Under the pieces are notes generated by a model. The model did not search any database and had not been told where the DNA came from. It saw only the letters and a program-made list of their open reading frames with translations. This document shows positions 20,539 to 31,060 of a stretch of DNA of 64,000 nt, piece by piece. Source of the stretch: Methanomicrobiales archaeon (lineage in GTDB: Archaea > Halobacteriota > Methanomicrobia > Methanomicrobiales > Methanospirillaceae); contig JBAXJR010000004.1 in the NCBI GenBank assembly GCA_037137755.1, forward strand, positions 14,552 through 78,551. Direction: 5' to 3'. Positions within the stretch are counted from its first letter, which is position 1, and each line of letters opens with the position of its first letter. The position numbers and the translations under genes are program-made.

Positions 20539-22194
20539 ATGTCACAACAGCTTGGAGGACAACCGATTCTGATTCTAAAAGAGGGTAGTTCACGTACCCG
20601 CGGCCGCGATGCCCAGGGCATGAACATTACTGCTGCCAAGGCAGTAGCAAGTGCAGTACGCACCACTCTCGGTCCAAAAGGAATGGACAAGATGCTCGTC
20701 GACACCATCGGGGATGTCGTCATCACCAATGACGGTGTGACCATTCTCAAAGAGATGGACATCGAGCACCCAGCGGCAAAGATGATGGTCGAGGTCGCGA
20801 AGACCCAGGATGACGAAGTAGGCGATGGGACAACCACAGCCGTCGTTATAGCAGGCGAACTCCTGAAACGTGCGGAAGACCTCCTTGAACAGGACGTCCA
20901 CCCAACCGTTATTGCAGCAGGGTACCGCATGGCCGCCGAAAAGGCACAGGAGATCTTAAAAGAGATTGCCATCACCATCAAGCCCGGTGACATTGCAATG
21001 CTCAAGAAGATCGCCGAGACCGCCATGACCGGTAAGGGCGCAGAAGCATCAAAAGACAAGCTCTGTGACCTCGTCGTCAAGGCAGTCACTATGGTTGCGG
21101 ACGCAGACGGCACAGTCGACACCGATTATATCAAGGTGGAGAAGAAAGTCGGCGGTTCAATCGACGATTCCGAGATTGTTGAGGGAGTCCTGATTGACAA
21201 GGAGAGAGTCCACCCTGCAATGCCCAAGAAGGTAACCAAGGCAAAGATCCTCCTCCTTAACGCAGCAGTCGAGTTCAAGAAGACCGAAGTCGACGCAGAG
21301 ATCAATATTACAAGCCCCGACCAGCTCCAGGCATTCCTCGACGAAGAGGAACGCATGATCCGGAACATCGTCGATAAGGTTGCAGCGAGCGGCGCAAACG
21401 TGCTCTTCTGCCAGAAGGGTATCGATGACATCGCACAGCACTACCTCTCAAAGGCAGGTATCTTTGCGGTACGCCGTGTCAAGAAGAGCGACATGGAGAA
21501 ACTCGGTCGTGCGACAGGTGCAAACCTTGTCTCAAGTATCGATGCCATCTCCAAGGAAGAGCTCGGACACGCCGGCCTCGTCGAGGAGAAGAAGGTATCC
21601 GGCGAAGAGATGATCTTTGTCGAACAGTGTAAGAACCCGAAGGCAGTATCGATCATTATCCGCGGTGGCACTGAGCATGTCGTCGACGAACTTGACCGTG
21701 CCATGGAAGATGCACTCCGCGTCGTCAGCGTTGTCGTTGAAGATGGAAAGTGCGTTGCCGGTGGCGGAGCACCCGAGACAGAACTCTCGCTCCGTCTCCG
21801 TGAGTATGCCGCAAGTGTTGGTGGCCGTGCACAGCTCGCCATCGAGGCATTTGCAAATGCACTCGAGATCATCCCGAGGACTCTTGCAGAGAATGCAGGA
21901 CTCGACCCGATCGACATGCTTGTCGAGATCCGTGCAGCCCACGAGAAGGGCAAGAAGACTTTCGGCCTCGATGTATTCGAAGGCAAGACTGTCGACATGC
22001 AGAAGGCCGGCGTCGTCGAGCCCCTGCGTGTAAAGACCCAGGCAATTGCCAGCGCTGCAGAAGCAGCCATCATGATCCTCAGGATCGATGATGTAATCGC
22101 CTCATCCAAATCTGCAGCCCCTGAAGGCATGCCACCAGGTGGCATGGGTGGAATGGGCGGCATGGGTGACATGGGCGGAATGGGCGACTATTAA
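20539..22194 (+). CDS. ths: Thermosome subunit (group II chaperonin)
   Basis: [27 protein letters not shown] and a C-terminal GGM repeat tail. Start set to the ATG at 20539; an upstream GTG at 20527 is possible. Confidence 0.95.
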   Translation: MSQQLGGQPILILKEGSSRTRGRDAQGMNITAAKAVASAVRTTLGPKGMDKMLVDTIGDVVITNDGVTILKEMDIEHPAAKMMVEVAKTQDDEVGDGTTTAVVIAGELLKRAEDLLEQDVHPTVIAAGYRMAAEKAQEILKEIAITIKPGDIAMLKKIAETAMTGKGAEASKDKLCDLVVKAVTMVADADGTVDTDYIKVEKKVGGSIDDSEIVEGVLIDKERVHPAMPKKVTKAKILLLNAAVEFKKTEVDAEINITSPDQLQAFLDEEERMIRNIVDKVAASGANVLFCQKGIDDIAQHYLSKAGIFAVRRVKKSDMEKLGRATGANLVSSIDAISKEELGHAGLVEEKKVSGEEMIFVEQCKNPKAVSIIIRGGTEHVVDELDRAMEDALRVVSVVVEDGKCVAGGGAPETELSLRLREYAASVGGRAQLAIEAFANALEIIPRTLAENAGLDPIDMLVEIRAAHEKGKKTFGLDVFEGKTVDMQKAGVVEPLRVKTQAIASAAEAAIMILRIDDVIASSKSAAPEGMPPGGMGGMGGMGDMGGMGDY

Positions 22195-22250
22195 ATCCAT
22201 TTCCCTAATATCTTTTTAATCCTGACTGTTACCGGTACCAGACCGGATTT

Positions 22251-23036
22251 TTAATTTTTTGCAACAGGTTGAATTTCCTGCAAAACTTTTCGCGACAGAT
22301 AACTGGCGTAAATATCAGGACATATAAAAATTCCTGTCAATCTACCGTTATCTTCCAGGACCGACAGGGACTCCCGGCGGTCAGCCATCAATAACAATTT
22401 CATCGAGAGCCCGATGTTTTCTCCCTCTTCGTGTTGAAAGAGGGACACCGCAATATCACTCCCGCCAACATAGCATTTTATTGGAGCAAATCCGGCAAGT
22501 TCCTTTCTTCCGACAACAAGATACACAGGAACCCGTTTTGCCGCACGTGAAATATCACGGCCATACCTGGTGAGAAATTCTTTATCGTTGCAGAGCAGGA
22601 TAATTTCTGATTTCGCCCGACGCAGGATCATCCGAATCTGATTGTCCCTGGTCCACTCTGTAAACAGTTTATATCCCTGCATGAGCGGTTCCGGGGTTTC
22701 GGTTTCCAGGGCTTTCAGCCGCTCATACAATCCTTCAAGAGACCTCACAGATTCCCGTCTAAGCCGCTCAAACGTCTGGATGACATCAACAGGCGAGTAC
22801 CGCACTGGCGACTTACTGGAAGCGACAATAAACCCTTTCCCGCCTAACGAGGTAAGTGTTTCATAGATTCTGCCACGGGGGATTTTCGTCTGTTCGTGAA
22901 TTTCACGGGCACTTGCCACCCGCAACGCTGAGAGAATCACGTACACCTTCGCCTCGTATTCACTCATCCCTATCCCTTTTAGTTGCGAAAGTAACGAGTC
23001 ATCAATCATATTCTTAGCTACTATATTCAGGAGCAC
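22251..23036 (-). CDS. TrmB-family transcriptional regulator
   Basis: N-terminal wHTH LKGIGMSEYEAKVYVILSALRVASAREIHEQTKIPRGRIYETL plus a TrmB C-terminal domain. An internal Met start is possible. Confidence 0.75.
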   Translation of the reverse strand: MLLNIVAKNMIDDSLLSQLKGIGMSEYEAKVYVILSALRVASAREIHEQTKIPRGRIYETLTSLGGKGFIVASSKSPVRYSPVDVIQTFERLRRESVRSLEGLYERLKALETETPEPLMQGYKLFTEWTRDNQIRMILRRAKSEIILLCNDKEFLTRYGRDISRAAKRVPVYLVVGRKELAGFAPIKCYVGGSDIAVSLFQHEEGENIGLSMKLLLMADRRESLSVLEDNGRLTGIFICPDIYASYLSRKVLQEIQPVAKN

Positions 23037-23072
23037 TTTCTTAATATCCTGTCCTTGGCGATTAGATAAGAC

Positions 23073-24329
23073 ATGATTGCCACCCGGTTTAAACCAACAA
23101 AATGGACATTGCTTTTTCTCATGCTTGCAGCCATGATGATTCTCATGGGGGGTGCAGCGGTTGCTCCGGCTTTGCCATTAATCAGCCAGGCATTTCCCGA
23201 CACCACTGATGCCTCAATCTCCTTAATTGTAACGCTTCCCGCTCTTGCAATTGCGATCACGGGAATATTCATCGGGGTTCTTTCGGATAAAGTCGGCAAA
23301 ATTCCCGTCCTTGTCACCTCAGTTGTTATCTTCACCATCGCGGGAAGTTCCGGATATTATCTCACCACGATACCTGCAATATTAGCTGGCAGGTTTATCC
23401 TTGGGATCGGCATTGCCGGTATCATCTGCACCACCTCGGCCCTTATTGTCTGTTATTACGAGGGGACTACCCGCGCCCAGGTCCTCGGTTACCAGGCCGC
23501 TGCAATGGGTGTCGGGGTATTAATTCTTGAAACAAGCGGGGGATTACTTGCCGGTATTTCCTGGCGTTCATCGTTCCTTATTTACCTGCTTGGCATAGTC
23601 ATTCTCGCCGGGATTCTCTTAACGATGAAAGAGCCCGCCCGGCCGGTCATTCTGGAGGGAACGGTAGAACCCGGTGAAACAGTGGCTGAAGCCAAGGAAA
23701 CCATCCCTGTTATCCCCCTCGTCCTGGCAAATGCAACCCTGTTCATAGGTAACCTGCTCTTCTTCCTGATGCCTACCAAGTTCCCCTACCTGATTGCAAA
23801 TATGGATGCAGCACGGATATTAGGCGAAAATACCGCACTTACTGCCGGGTTATTCCTGGGAATCGGGGGCTGTGCCTCAGCAGTCCTGGGGATCTTTTAT
23901 GGGAGAATTGCCTGGAGATTCCACCGGTACACGATCCTCACTGTTACCCTTCTTGCCTTTGGACTCGGCCTGTGCATTCTTGGGTTTGCCACGTCTCTTG
24001 TCATGGTCGGGTGCGCAGTGATCCTGGTCGGTATCGGTGAGGGCCTTCTGATGCCGACGATCTTAACCTGGATTGCCGCAATCACACCACGGCAGTTCCT
24101 CGGGAGGGCAATGGGCGGGTTCTCAGTATCCCTTAACCTCGGCCAGTTTGCCTCCGCAATTGCCGTAGTGCCCGTCATCGCTCTTGTGGCAACATACAGT
24201 ACTATGTTCATTGCATTCGGATGTGTGGCGTTGGTGCTCGCAGTGCCGTATTTTCTAGCGAGGATAAAGGAAAAATATCACCTGGCACAAGCAAGCCAAA
24301 ATAACCTGCCACTGGTAGCCCAAAAATAA
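23073..24329 (+). CDS. MFS transporter
   Basis: 418 aa with about 12 hydrophobic segments and the MFS loop motif GVLSDKVGK. Confidence 0.8.
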   Translation: MIATRFKPTKWTLLFLMLAAMMILMGGAAVAPALPLISQAFPDTTDASISLIVTLPALAIAITGIFIGVLSDKVGKIPVLVTSVVIFTIAGSSGYYLTTIPAILAGRFILGIGIAGIICTTSALIVCYYEGTTRAQVLGYQAAAMGVGVLILETSGGLLAGISWRSSFLIYLLGIVILAGILLTMKEPARPVILEGTVEPGETVAEAKETIPVIPLVLANATLFIGNLLFFLMPTKFPYLIANMDAARILGENTALTAGLFLGIGGCASAVLGIFYGRIAWRFHRYTILTVTLLAFGLGLCILGFATSLVMVGCAVILVGIGEGLLMPTILTWIAAITPRQFLGRAMGGFSVSLNLGQFASAIAVVPVIALVATYSTMFIAFGCVALVLAVPYFLARIKEKYHLAQASQNNLPLVAQK

Positions 24330-24485
24330 AAGTGAAAATGGCCGGCATTCAGTATCCCATAGTATTCACCAATTTCTTTAATCCTGCGTTTCAGGTAATC
24401 ATGGTCTACACTGGTTTTCGATAAAGACAAAAAGATGAAAGAATAATAGATTATCCGGAAAAACCCATAGTTATCCGGAATTGTA

Positions 24486-24731
24486 TTACTTTTCTTCGCG
24501 GACCATTGCAATTGCCTTCTTCGGGCACTCATTGGCGCAAATTCCGCACCCTTTACAGAACCCAAGGTCAATTTCGAACTCCTTGTTAATTGCCTGGTCA
24601 GGGCAGTACATCTCGCAAAGCCCGCACTGGTTACATTTTTCCTTGTCTACGACAGGCCGGAATACCCGCCATGAACCTGTCTTGCCGCACGCACCAACCA
24701 CCGGTTTACTCACCGCAAGCCGCTGCCTCAT
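24486..24731 (-). CDS. 2-oxoacid:ferredoxin oxidoreductase delta subunit (2x[4Fe-4S] ferredoxin)
   Basis: CNQCGLCEMYCP and CKGCGICANECP cluster motifs. 4-nt overlap with the gamma subunit gene. Confidence 0.85.
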   Translation of the reverse strand: MRQRLAVSKPVVGACGKTGSWRVFRPVVDKEKCNQCGLCEMYCPDQAINKEFEIDLGFCKGCGICANECPKKAIAMVREEK

Positions 24732-25255
24732 AGGACCAGCTCCTGGTACGCAGCCTCTGCAGCCTTCACGTTCCTGTCATCCGAAAACATTTCCGAGATC
24801 GCAAGCTTTGCCGAGTCCATGGATACAATCCCCATCTTTGCAAGTGCACCGATTACCGGGGTGTTCAGGATCGGGCTACCCGCAACCACCAGGTTCAGGC
24901 GGAGTGCAATTGTGGTCAGGTCTACCGACAGTGTCTTGAAACCTTTCATATCATGCGGCAGGGTGCCGTTCAGGAGCACTTCCCCGCCAGGCTTAAGACC
25001 CTGCAGGACATCGACAACGTCCATGATGCTGTTATCGAGGACGACAATGAGGTCCGGTTTTTTGATCTGGCTGTATACCCTGATCGGGCTCTCGTCAATC
25101 CTCACGAACGAGACCACCGGTGCACCCCGTCGTTCCGCCCCGTAAAACGGGAAGGCTGTGGCGTACTTGTGGTCCCTGAACGCAGCAAGTGCGAGCAGCT
25201 TCGCAGCGGTGACACCGCCCTGTCCGCCCCGTGAATGGATGCGTATTTCATACAT
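24728..25255 (-). CDS. 2-oxoacid:ferredoxin oxidoreductase gamma subunit
   Basis: 175 aa, with IRIHSRGGQGGVTAAKLLA typical of POR/VOR/KOR gamma subunits. Confidence 0.85.
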   Translation of the reverse strand: MYEIRIHSRGGQGGVTAAKLLALAAFRDHKYATAFPFYGAERRGAPVVSFVRIDESPIRVYSQIKKPDLIVVLDNSIMDVVDVLQGLKPGGEVLLNGTLPHDMKGFKTLSVDLTTIALRLNLVVAGSPILNTPVIGALAKMGIVSMDSAKLAISEMFSDDRNVKAAEAAYQELVL

Positions 25256-26360
25256 CAGGGGTCACCCCGAACCAGGACTCTTCCCCGGGACGCCTGCCCC
25301 GGATGAACCCTGCAATATCGTCATAGGTCACTTCCTGACCACCAAGCCCGGCGATCACGCTGTACGGGTCAGCCCTGCACTTTGACCTGACGGCATCGGC
25401 AAGAATTCCTCCATACCCAAAGGAATAGTCGCGGTCTATCACGACGACGTCCCGGCCTTTAAGGTCAAGCTTCGGGAATGGCCGTAACCAGCGGATACGC
25501 ATCGACCCGGCCTTAATTCCTTCCTTCCTTAGCAGATCTATTGAGACTTCTGCTTCTTTTCCGAGCGTCCCCATCGATACGACGACTACGTCGGCGTCCT
25601 CGCACTGGTAATCGTCGGTGACACCGTATGAACGTCCGAACCGCCGGGAAAATTCATTTTCCGTGGACTCGATGACCTTAACTGAATCACGCATCGAACG
25701 CTCGATATCCCAGCGAAACTTGAAATATTCTTCAGGTCCGGTCAGGGGGCCGTATCCCCTTGGGTTCTTCACATCAATTGCGTGAGGGAGGCGTAATGGG
25801 GGTATAAAATCTCCTAACTCCACGGTTTCAAGCGACTGGTTGATATGGGAGAGAGAAAAACCGTCAAGGTTCACCATCACCGGGAGGAGGACATCATTGT
25901 GTTCCGCGATCCGGAAGGCCATCAGGGTCGTATCATAGGCCTCCTGCACCGTGCTGACATACACCTGCAGCCATCCCGTATCACGTTCCTGCATGGAATC
26001 GGTATGTTCGGCCCAGATGTTCCACCCTGGCCCAAGTGCCCGGTTCACATTTGCCATGACAATCGGGAGGCGTCCGCCAGCTGCCCAGTTCACCATCTCG
26101 TGCATGTAGAGGAGACCGTGTGAACTGGTGGCCGTAAACGTCCGTACACCGGTAATACTCGCCCCGATGCAGGCTGCCATCGCGGAATGCTCGCTCTCGA
26201 CCGGGATATACTGGCTTTTCAGCTCGCCATTCGTGACATATTCGGCTATCTGCTCGACAATTTCCGTCTGGGGGGTGATCGGATAGGCCGCAATCACTTC
26301 CGGCGAGACCTGTTTTACTGCGGCCGCCACTGCCTTGTTTCCGGTTGCAATCGTCAGCAT
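25248..26360 (-). CDS. 2-oxoacid:ferredoxin oxidoreductase alpha subunit
   Basis: 370 aa, with GNKAVAAAV...AYPITPQTEIVE typical of alpha subunits. Substrate not assignable. Confidence 0.85.
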   Translation of the reverse strand: MLTIATGNKAVAAAVKQVSPEVIAAYPITPQTEIVEQIAEYVTNGELKSQYIPVESEHSAMAACIGASITGVRTFTATSSHGLLYMHEMVNWAAGGRLPIVMANVNRALGPGWNIWAEHTDSMQERDTGWLQVYVSTVQEAYDTTLMAFRIAEHNDVLLPVMVNLDGFSLSHINQSLETVELGDFIPPLRLPHAIDVKNPRGYGPLTGPEEYFKFRWDIERSMRDSVKVIESTENEFSRRFGRSYGVTDDYQCEDADVVVVSMGTLGKEAEVSIDLLRKEGIKAGSMRIRWLRPFPKLDLKGRDVVVIDRDYSFGYGGILADAVRSKCRADPYSVIAGLGGQEVTYDDIAGFIRGRRPGEESWFGVTPDV

Positions 26361-27235
26361 AGACCTTCCTCCTCTTGTGACAGTCGTTTTGCATTCCTTC
26401 TTGCGAGCGAGACCAGGGAATCGACTGCTTCCTTACTGATTCCTTTAAACCGTCCCTGTGGTCCGAGGTATTCCTCAACAGGGTGTGGTTTTATCATCGC
26501 AGCCTTGGATGGCCCGTTTATCGTGACCTTCCCGTACTCACGCTCGAAGAGGACCCACATACCCGTTTTCACGGCGAGTTTTCCCATCTCGACCGTCTGC
26601 TCGGTCGGGTAACGCCACCCGGGAGGGCATGGTGCGAGCACATGGATAAATTTGGGGCCCCGTATTGAGAGGGCTTTTGTTACCTTTTTAAAGAGGTCCT
26701 GGGGGTATGCACTGCAGGCGGTTGCCATGTAGGGCGGGTCATGGGCTTCCACGATCCTGTCGATATCCTTTTTCGTATCCGGTTTTCCACCGGGAGTGGT
26801 AGTGGTCCTTGCACCGGTGGGTGTTGCACCTGACCTCTGCATCCCGGTATTCCCGTATGCCTCGTTGTCATAACAGATATAGAGAAAGTCCGTCCTGCGT
26901 TCGAAGGCACCGGATAACGCCTGGATACCAATATCAACAGTCCCCCCGTCACCAGCATAGACGATGACATTGGTGGCTTTCTTCCCTGCCCGGAACGCGG
27001 CACTCATTCCGGAGGCACAAGCCGCTGCTGCAGCAAATGCCACGTTATAGACCGGGACATTCATTGCAGTATTCGGATAAATACCCTGGATCACACTGGT
27101 ACAACACGCCGGCATTACAAGGACGGTATCGGGGCCAGCCGCCTTGAGGACATACCGGAGCACCAGTGAAGAGCTGCACCCGGCGCAGGCCGAGGTACAC
27201 TTGAAAAGATACTCCTCTTTTGGGATTTCCGTCAT
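26354..27235 (-). CDS. 2-oxoacid:ferredoxin oxidoreductase beta subunit (TPP-binding)
   Basis: CAGC cysteine region and the GDGGTVDIG TPP-binding motif. Confidence 0.85.
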   Translation of the reverse strand: MTEIPKEEYLFKCTSACAGCSSSLVLRYVLKAAGPDTVLVMPACCTSVIQGIYPNTAMNVPVYNVAFAAAAACASGMSAAFRAGKKATNVIVYAGDGGTVDIGIQALSGAFERRTDFLYICYDNEAYGNTGMQRSGATPTGARTTTTPGGKPDTKKDIDRIVEAHDPPYMATACSAYPQDLFKKVTKALSIRGPKFIHVLAPCPPGWRYPTEQTVEMGKLAVKTGMWVLFEREYGKVTINGPSKAAMIKPHPVEEYLGPQGRFKGISKEAVDSLVSLARRNAKRLSQEEEGLC

Positions 27236-27307
27236 TATGTTCAGTATAATAGTTGTTGATTATCCGGTATTAACTTATTAGTACGAGGAAAAGGGTGATT
27301 TCCGTCG

Positions 27308-27793
27308 TCAGGAATTGTATAATTCAACGGTATAGCCTGCATCTTCAAGGACCGATTTCACTTTCATGTCCCACTGTCCGTCCTCCTCGATCCCGAGCAA
27401 CCTGATACGGTCATTCCATAAAGTTTCGAGGTCAGCGTCCGTGCTGGAAAGGCTCCGCCTTCCTTTTATTGTCCCGGCAAGGTTTTTTCCGTCATGATAT
27501 ATCCGCATCCGGCAGCATCTGAACTCCCTGCATGATAAGGGGCGGGTGTTGTATACCACACAGGAATATCCCTCCGGTGTCCTGACAAGGAAGTGGCATT
27601 GGGCGTTTTCTTCCAGGTATCCCCCTTTATCCCTGAATCCCGGCAGGTAGGGGGATTCCACGTGGGCCATGACGAGGTTGTTTGAGATTAAATCCCGGCA
27701 ATAATAGTCCCTCTCCCCGAGCTTCCGTTCGATACGGATGTGCTTTCCCGATACCATACAGCATTTTCCGCACCGGGTGCAGTCAAATTTCAT
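27308..27793 (-). CDS. YkgJ-family cysteine-cluster (zinc/iron-chelating) protein
   Basis: CTRCGKCC near the N-terminus and CREFRCC later. Start set to the internal Met MKFDCTRCGKCC. Confidence 0.65.
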   Translation of the reverse strand: MKFDCTRCGKCCMVSGKHIRIERKLGERDYYCRDLISNNLVMAHVESPYLPGFRDKGGYLEENAQCHFLVRTPEGYSCVVYNTRPLSCREFRCCRMRIYHDGKNLAGTIKGRRSLSSTDADLETLWNDRIRLLGIEEDGQWDMKVKSVLEDAGYTVELYNS

Positions 27794-27892
27794 TATGGTA
27801 CCAATACACCTCATCAGGTATTGTATTCTTTCGCACGAAACTGCCACTTATCGACAGAATTCAATGGTTTGGGAAAATATCAGCTATCCTGA

Positions 27893-28723
27893 TTACCGTG
27901 AGTAAGGTTCAGAAAATATACCGCAGATCGTGGTCATAACCCGGTGGTAGCCGTGCCAGTCGTTTATGGTCCCCAGTCTTCTCCCTTCCTGGGGTAATGG
28001 AGTGAACTGCAAATCGTACGATACATCCCAGAGTACAAGTCCCTCCGGAGGAGCAGGGTGGATGCCACCTGAATAATTCCCTTCGAGTCTCCCCGTAATG
28101 CTCTCCATCTCGCAGGTACCCATGCCCACATCACGCAATGCCATTGCGATACAGCGTACCATGTGCCACAGGAAACTCTCTGCGGTGATCTCAAGGTATA
28201 CTATTCCGTCATCTTTTCCGATTGACGCTGAGAGGACTTTCCGCCTGGGGTTTTTGTTGTCTACACGTGCAAAACCCGAAAAGTCATGGACTCCCTGGAA
28301 GAGCGTCGCTGCTGTTTCCATCCGGGAAACATCAAGGTCCTGCTCGCGGAAGAAATACCGGTAGGTCCTGGATTTTGCATCATAGCGGGGGTGAAACCCA
28401 GGCCAGGTGACTGAATACCCACTACACCAGCAATCCGGGGGGAGCTGGTAATTCAGGGCCGCAACAGCACGGTCCGGAATCCCTGTCAGGAATGAAAAGA
28501 CCTGGCCCGTAGCATGCACACCCCTGTCCGTCCGCCCGGACGCAGAAAAATGGGCCTCCCTCCAGTCAGTGAACAGCCCGAGGCGCAGGCATGCTGCGAT
28601 GAATTCTCCTTCGACGGTCCGGCAGCCGGGCTGCATCTGCGACCCGGCGAAATTGTCACCACGATAGGCAACCCTGAATGCCAGTTTTACTTGTGGTATA
28701 CCCGGCGTTTCAGTTTCTTCCAT
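27893..28723 (-). CDS. truA: tRNA pseudouridine synthase A
   Basis: AYRGDNFAGSQ and SGRTDRGVHATGQV (catalytic Asp) motifs. Confidence 0.85.
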   Translation of the reverse strand: MEETETPGIPQVKLAFRVAYRGDNFAGSQMQPGCRTVEGEFIAACLRLGLFTDWREAHFSASGRTDRGVHATGQVFSFLTGIPDRAVAALNYQLPPDCWCSGYSVTWPGFHPRYDAKSRTYRYFFREQDLDVSRMETAATLFQGVHDFSGFARVDNKNPRRKVLSASIGKDDGIVYLEITAESFLWHMVRCIAMALRDVGMGTCEMESITGRLEGNYSGGIHPAPPEGLVLWDVSYDLQFTPLPQEGRRLGTINDWHGYHRVMTTICGIFSEPYSR

Positions 28724-29355
28724 GTGTTTCTCAGCGACTGGCGGGTATAGGTACGGAGGGGCGTCTTCCTTCCCGTGGCAACTGAATCCCCGCTCCGGAT
28801 TGCTTCAAGAATTGAGGTAATATTAGGTTCAGCGTTGATAAGGGTCTTCCCATATCCCACGTAACGGGCATTATGCGCATCGCTCCCTCCAACACAGGGT
28901 TTTCCCAGTTTGGTTGCAAATTTTGCGGCTTTCCGGTTCGCTGAGCCCACGATATACCTACTATTAAAGACCTCTATGGCGTCCACCGAGCTGAGGGCAC
29001 TCCTGAAATGAAGCCCTACACCATGCCGCATCATGTGAAACGGGTGAGGAAGTATGAGAAGTGCCCCCTGTTCATGCGCAATTGCGATAGTTTCAAGGAC
29101 ATCCAGCCCTTTTGGAAATTCTGTCAATATGCCGAGGGCGATGAGGTGCCCCTGTTTTGTTGAGATCTCGATCCCCGGAATAATGAGGACCCTTGTGGGG
29201 ATTTTCAGGGCAGCCCTTGCCCCCTCTATCGTATCATGATCGGTGATTGCAATGGCATCGAGTCCGATGATTTCCGCACGGCGTATGATATCTTCTATAC
29301 TGCTTTCCCCATCCCGGGAATAGTTAGTATGAACATGGAGATCGCAGGTGAGCAT
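28687..29355 (-). CDS. PHP-domain metal-dependent phosphoesterase
   Basis: CDLHVHTNYSRDG and AITDHDT motifs. Its 3' end overlaps the annotated truA start by 37 nt. Confidence 0.75.
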   Translation of the reverse strand: MLTCDLHVHTNYSRDGESSIEDIIRRAEIIGLDAIAITDHDTIEGARAALKIPTRVLIIPGIEISTKQGHLIALGILTEFPKGLDVLETIAIAHEQGALLILPHPFHMMRHGVGLHFRSALSSVDAIEVFNSRYIVGSANRKAAKFATKLGKPCVGGSDAHNARYVGYGKTLINAEPNITSILEAIRSGDSVATGRKTPLRTYTRQSLRNTWKKLKRRVYHK

Positions 29356-29747
29356 ATAACCATATCAATTTTTAATCTCCATGATATTAAGGGAACCTGA
29401 CTTTACCCAGGGTAGTACATCATGGCAGTTCCAGGATCCGGAATCTCAATTCTTCAGAATGTTGATTTTAACAACCAGTCCCCGGATTTTTCTTAATAGT
29501 AGCAATGGTGCGGGGTCCTGATCATTATTTATCCATTATGTTTTATTCCGGAAATCTACCAATGGAACCCAAATAACCACTGGGGTCAAAGAAGAAGATC
29601 TTTCACCAATCTTTTATTTTTCTCTGGTGTTGTCAGATCTATTTGATAAGGGTTCCTGTTGTGAATGATTTTCCGGTTACCGTGACCATGAAGAGCAATC
29701 ACTTTTATCAATTATGAAGCAATAGCATTGCCATAAAGGTATACACC

Positions 29748-30929
29748 GTGAAAAAGGAATCGGTACTGATAGTTGAGGATGACTTCATCGTTGCAAAAGT
29801 CATTGAGAAAAACCTGATAGATCTCGGCTATGCGGTTGTGGGACTGGTCGCAACAGGAGATGAGGCCATAGCGAAGGTTGGGAGTGAGAGACCTAATCTT
29901 GTGCTTATGGACATCCAGCTTCAGGGGGATATGGATGGTATTAGTGCATCTGAAAAGATTCATGCGGCATTCAATATCCCCGTAATATTTCTCACCGCAC
30001 TTTCTGATAAGCAGACTTTTGACCGGGCTCTTGTCACCGCACCCTACGGATATATTATCAAGCCATTCTCTCAAAATACCCTTTCCGCCACGATCCGGGT
30101 GGCCCTGAACAAGAAGCAGGCTGACCAGAAAATTACCTACCTGCATGGCTGGCTCGATAGTACCGTGAGTTCATTGCCGGAGGGGATCCTCACCATCAAC
30201 GCAGCGGGAAAGATCGTCCTGGTCAACCCATCTGCAGAAATGATGACCGGGTGGACGAACAGGGAGGCATTTGAGCAGCCACTTGATACCGTGTTGACAT
30301 TTATTGATCCCATCAGCGGGCAATCCTTTCACTACTACCTGACACCGATTATTCAGGAGGGTATAATCGGTACAATCCCCAACGACTCATTTGTCCTTTC
30401 AAAGAACATGACCCGTATCCTGATTGAAGATAGTTTTGCCTCGCCCATCAGGGACAACATGGGAGAAATCAGCGGGGCGGTCATAGTACTCTATCCAAAG
30501 AGTACAACACCCCTATCGGGAAGCCAGGTTCAGGATACCGATCTGCCTGATACCCCGGTTAGGGAGATCAGTATTGCGTTTCAAAATCAGAAAGGGCGGG
30601 TCCCGGAACCGTCCCGGCCTTTCGATGAGGCCGGGTGGTATGATCGCGGTAACTACCTCCTCTTCCTTCGGCGGTTCAGGGATGCCATCAACGCTTATGA
30701 GAATGCTATCTCAATGGGCTCGTTAAATTACCAGTCCTGGTATGGAAAGGGTATTGCACTTGAAAAACTCGGAAAATCACAGGAGGCACTGCTTGCCTTT
30801 GAGGAGGCCCTCTCAATTCACCCCCAAAATTCGAGGATCCTGTACTCAAAAGGGACACTGTTGAAAAAAATGGGTAAAGACGGCGAAGCTAACCGATGTT
30901 TTGAGCTGGCACGCCACTATAACATATAA
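29748..30929 (+). CDS. Response regulator receiver - PAS - TPR protein
   Basis: REC domain (LIVEDDF, LVLMDIQL), PAS segment (PEGILTINAAGKIVLVNPSAEMMTGW) and C-terminal TPR repeats. GTG start. Confidence 0.8.
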   Translation: MKKESVLIVEDDFIVAKVIEKNLIDLGYAVVGLVATGDEAIAKVGSERPNLVLMDIQLQGDMDGISASEKIHAAFNIPVIFLTALSDKQTFDRALVTAPYGYIIKPFSQNTLSATIRVALNKKQADQKITYLHGWLDSTVSSLPEGILTINAAGKIVLVNPSAEMMTGWTNREAFEQPLDTVLTFIDPISGQSFHYYLTPIIQEGIIGTIPNDSFVLSKNMTRILIEDSFASPIRDNMGEISGAVIVLYPKSTTPLSGSQVQDTDLPDTPVREISIAFQNQKGRVPEPSRPFDEAGWYDRGNYLLFLRRFRDAINAYENAISMGSLNYQSWYGKGIALEKLGKSQEALLAFEEALSIHPQNSRILYSKGTLLKKMGKDGEANRCFELARHYNI

Positions 30930-31060
30930 CTGTCTTGTAACTCCCGCCGTGCTTCGCCTCATTAAATATAGTGCAGAGATAGCAGGTAGGAGTTGTCGTT
31001 ATACCCGGAAGAAAAAACTGGATTTAACGGGATGGTTAATGGATTGGGTACCAGGATAGA

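Noticed and set aside
20439-22172. Long antisense ORFs (227 aa and 243 aa, plus several of about 100 aa) opposite the thermosome gene
   Set aside because: They are shadow ORFs of a strongly biased, highly expressed gene. Their translations are low-complexity Ser/Ala/Pro/Thr-rich strings with no motifs. The sense strand encodes an unmistakable group II chaperonin.
24451-24480. 10-bp direct repeat TTATCCGGAA twice with 20-bp phasing downstream of the OFOR operon, with related CCGGATAA words upstream of that operon (about 27262) and at about 32661
   Set aside because: A rough expectation for a 10-mer repeated within 50 nt somewhere in 64 kb is about 3. The 8-mer also occurs inside coding regions (about 33310 and 41872). 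This may be chance and is worth a motif scan only if related genomes show it.
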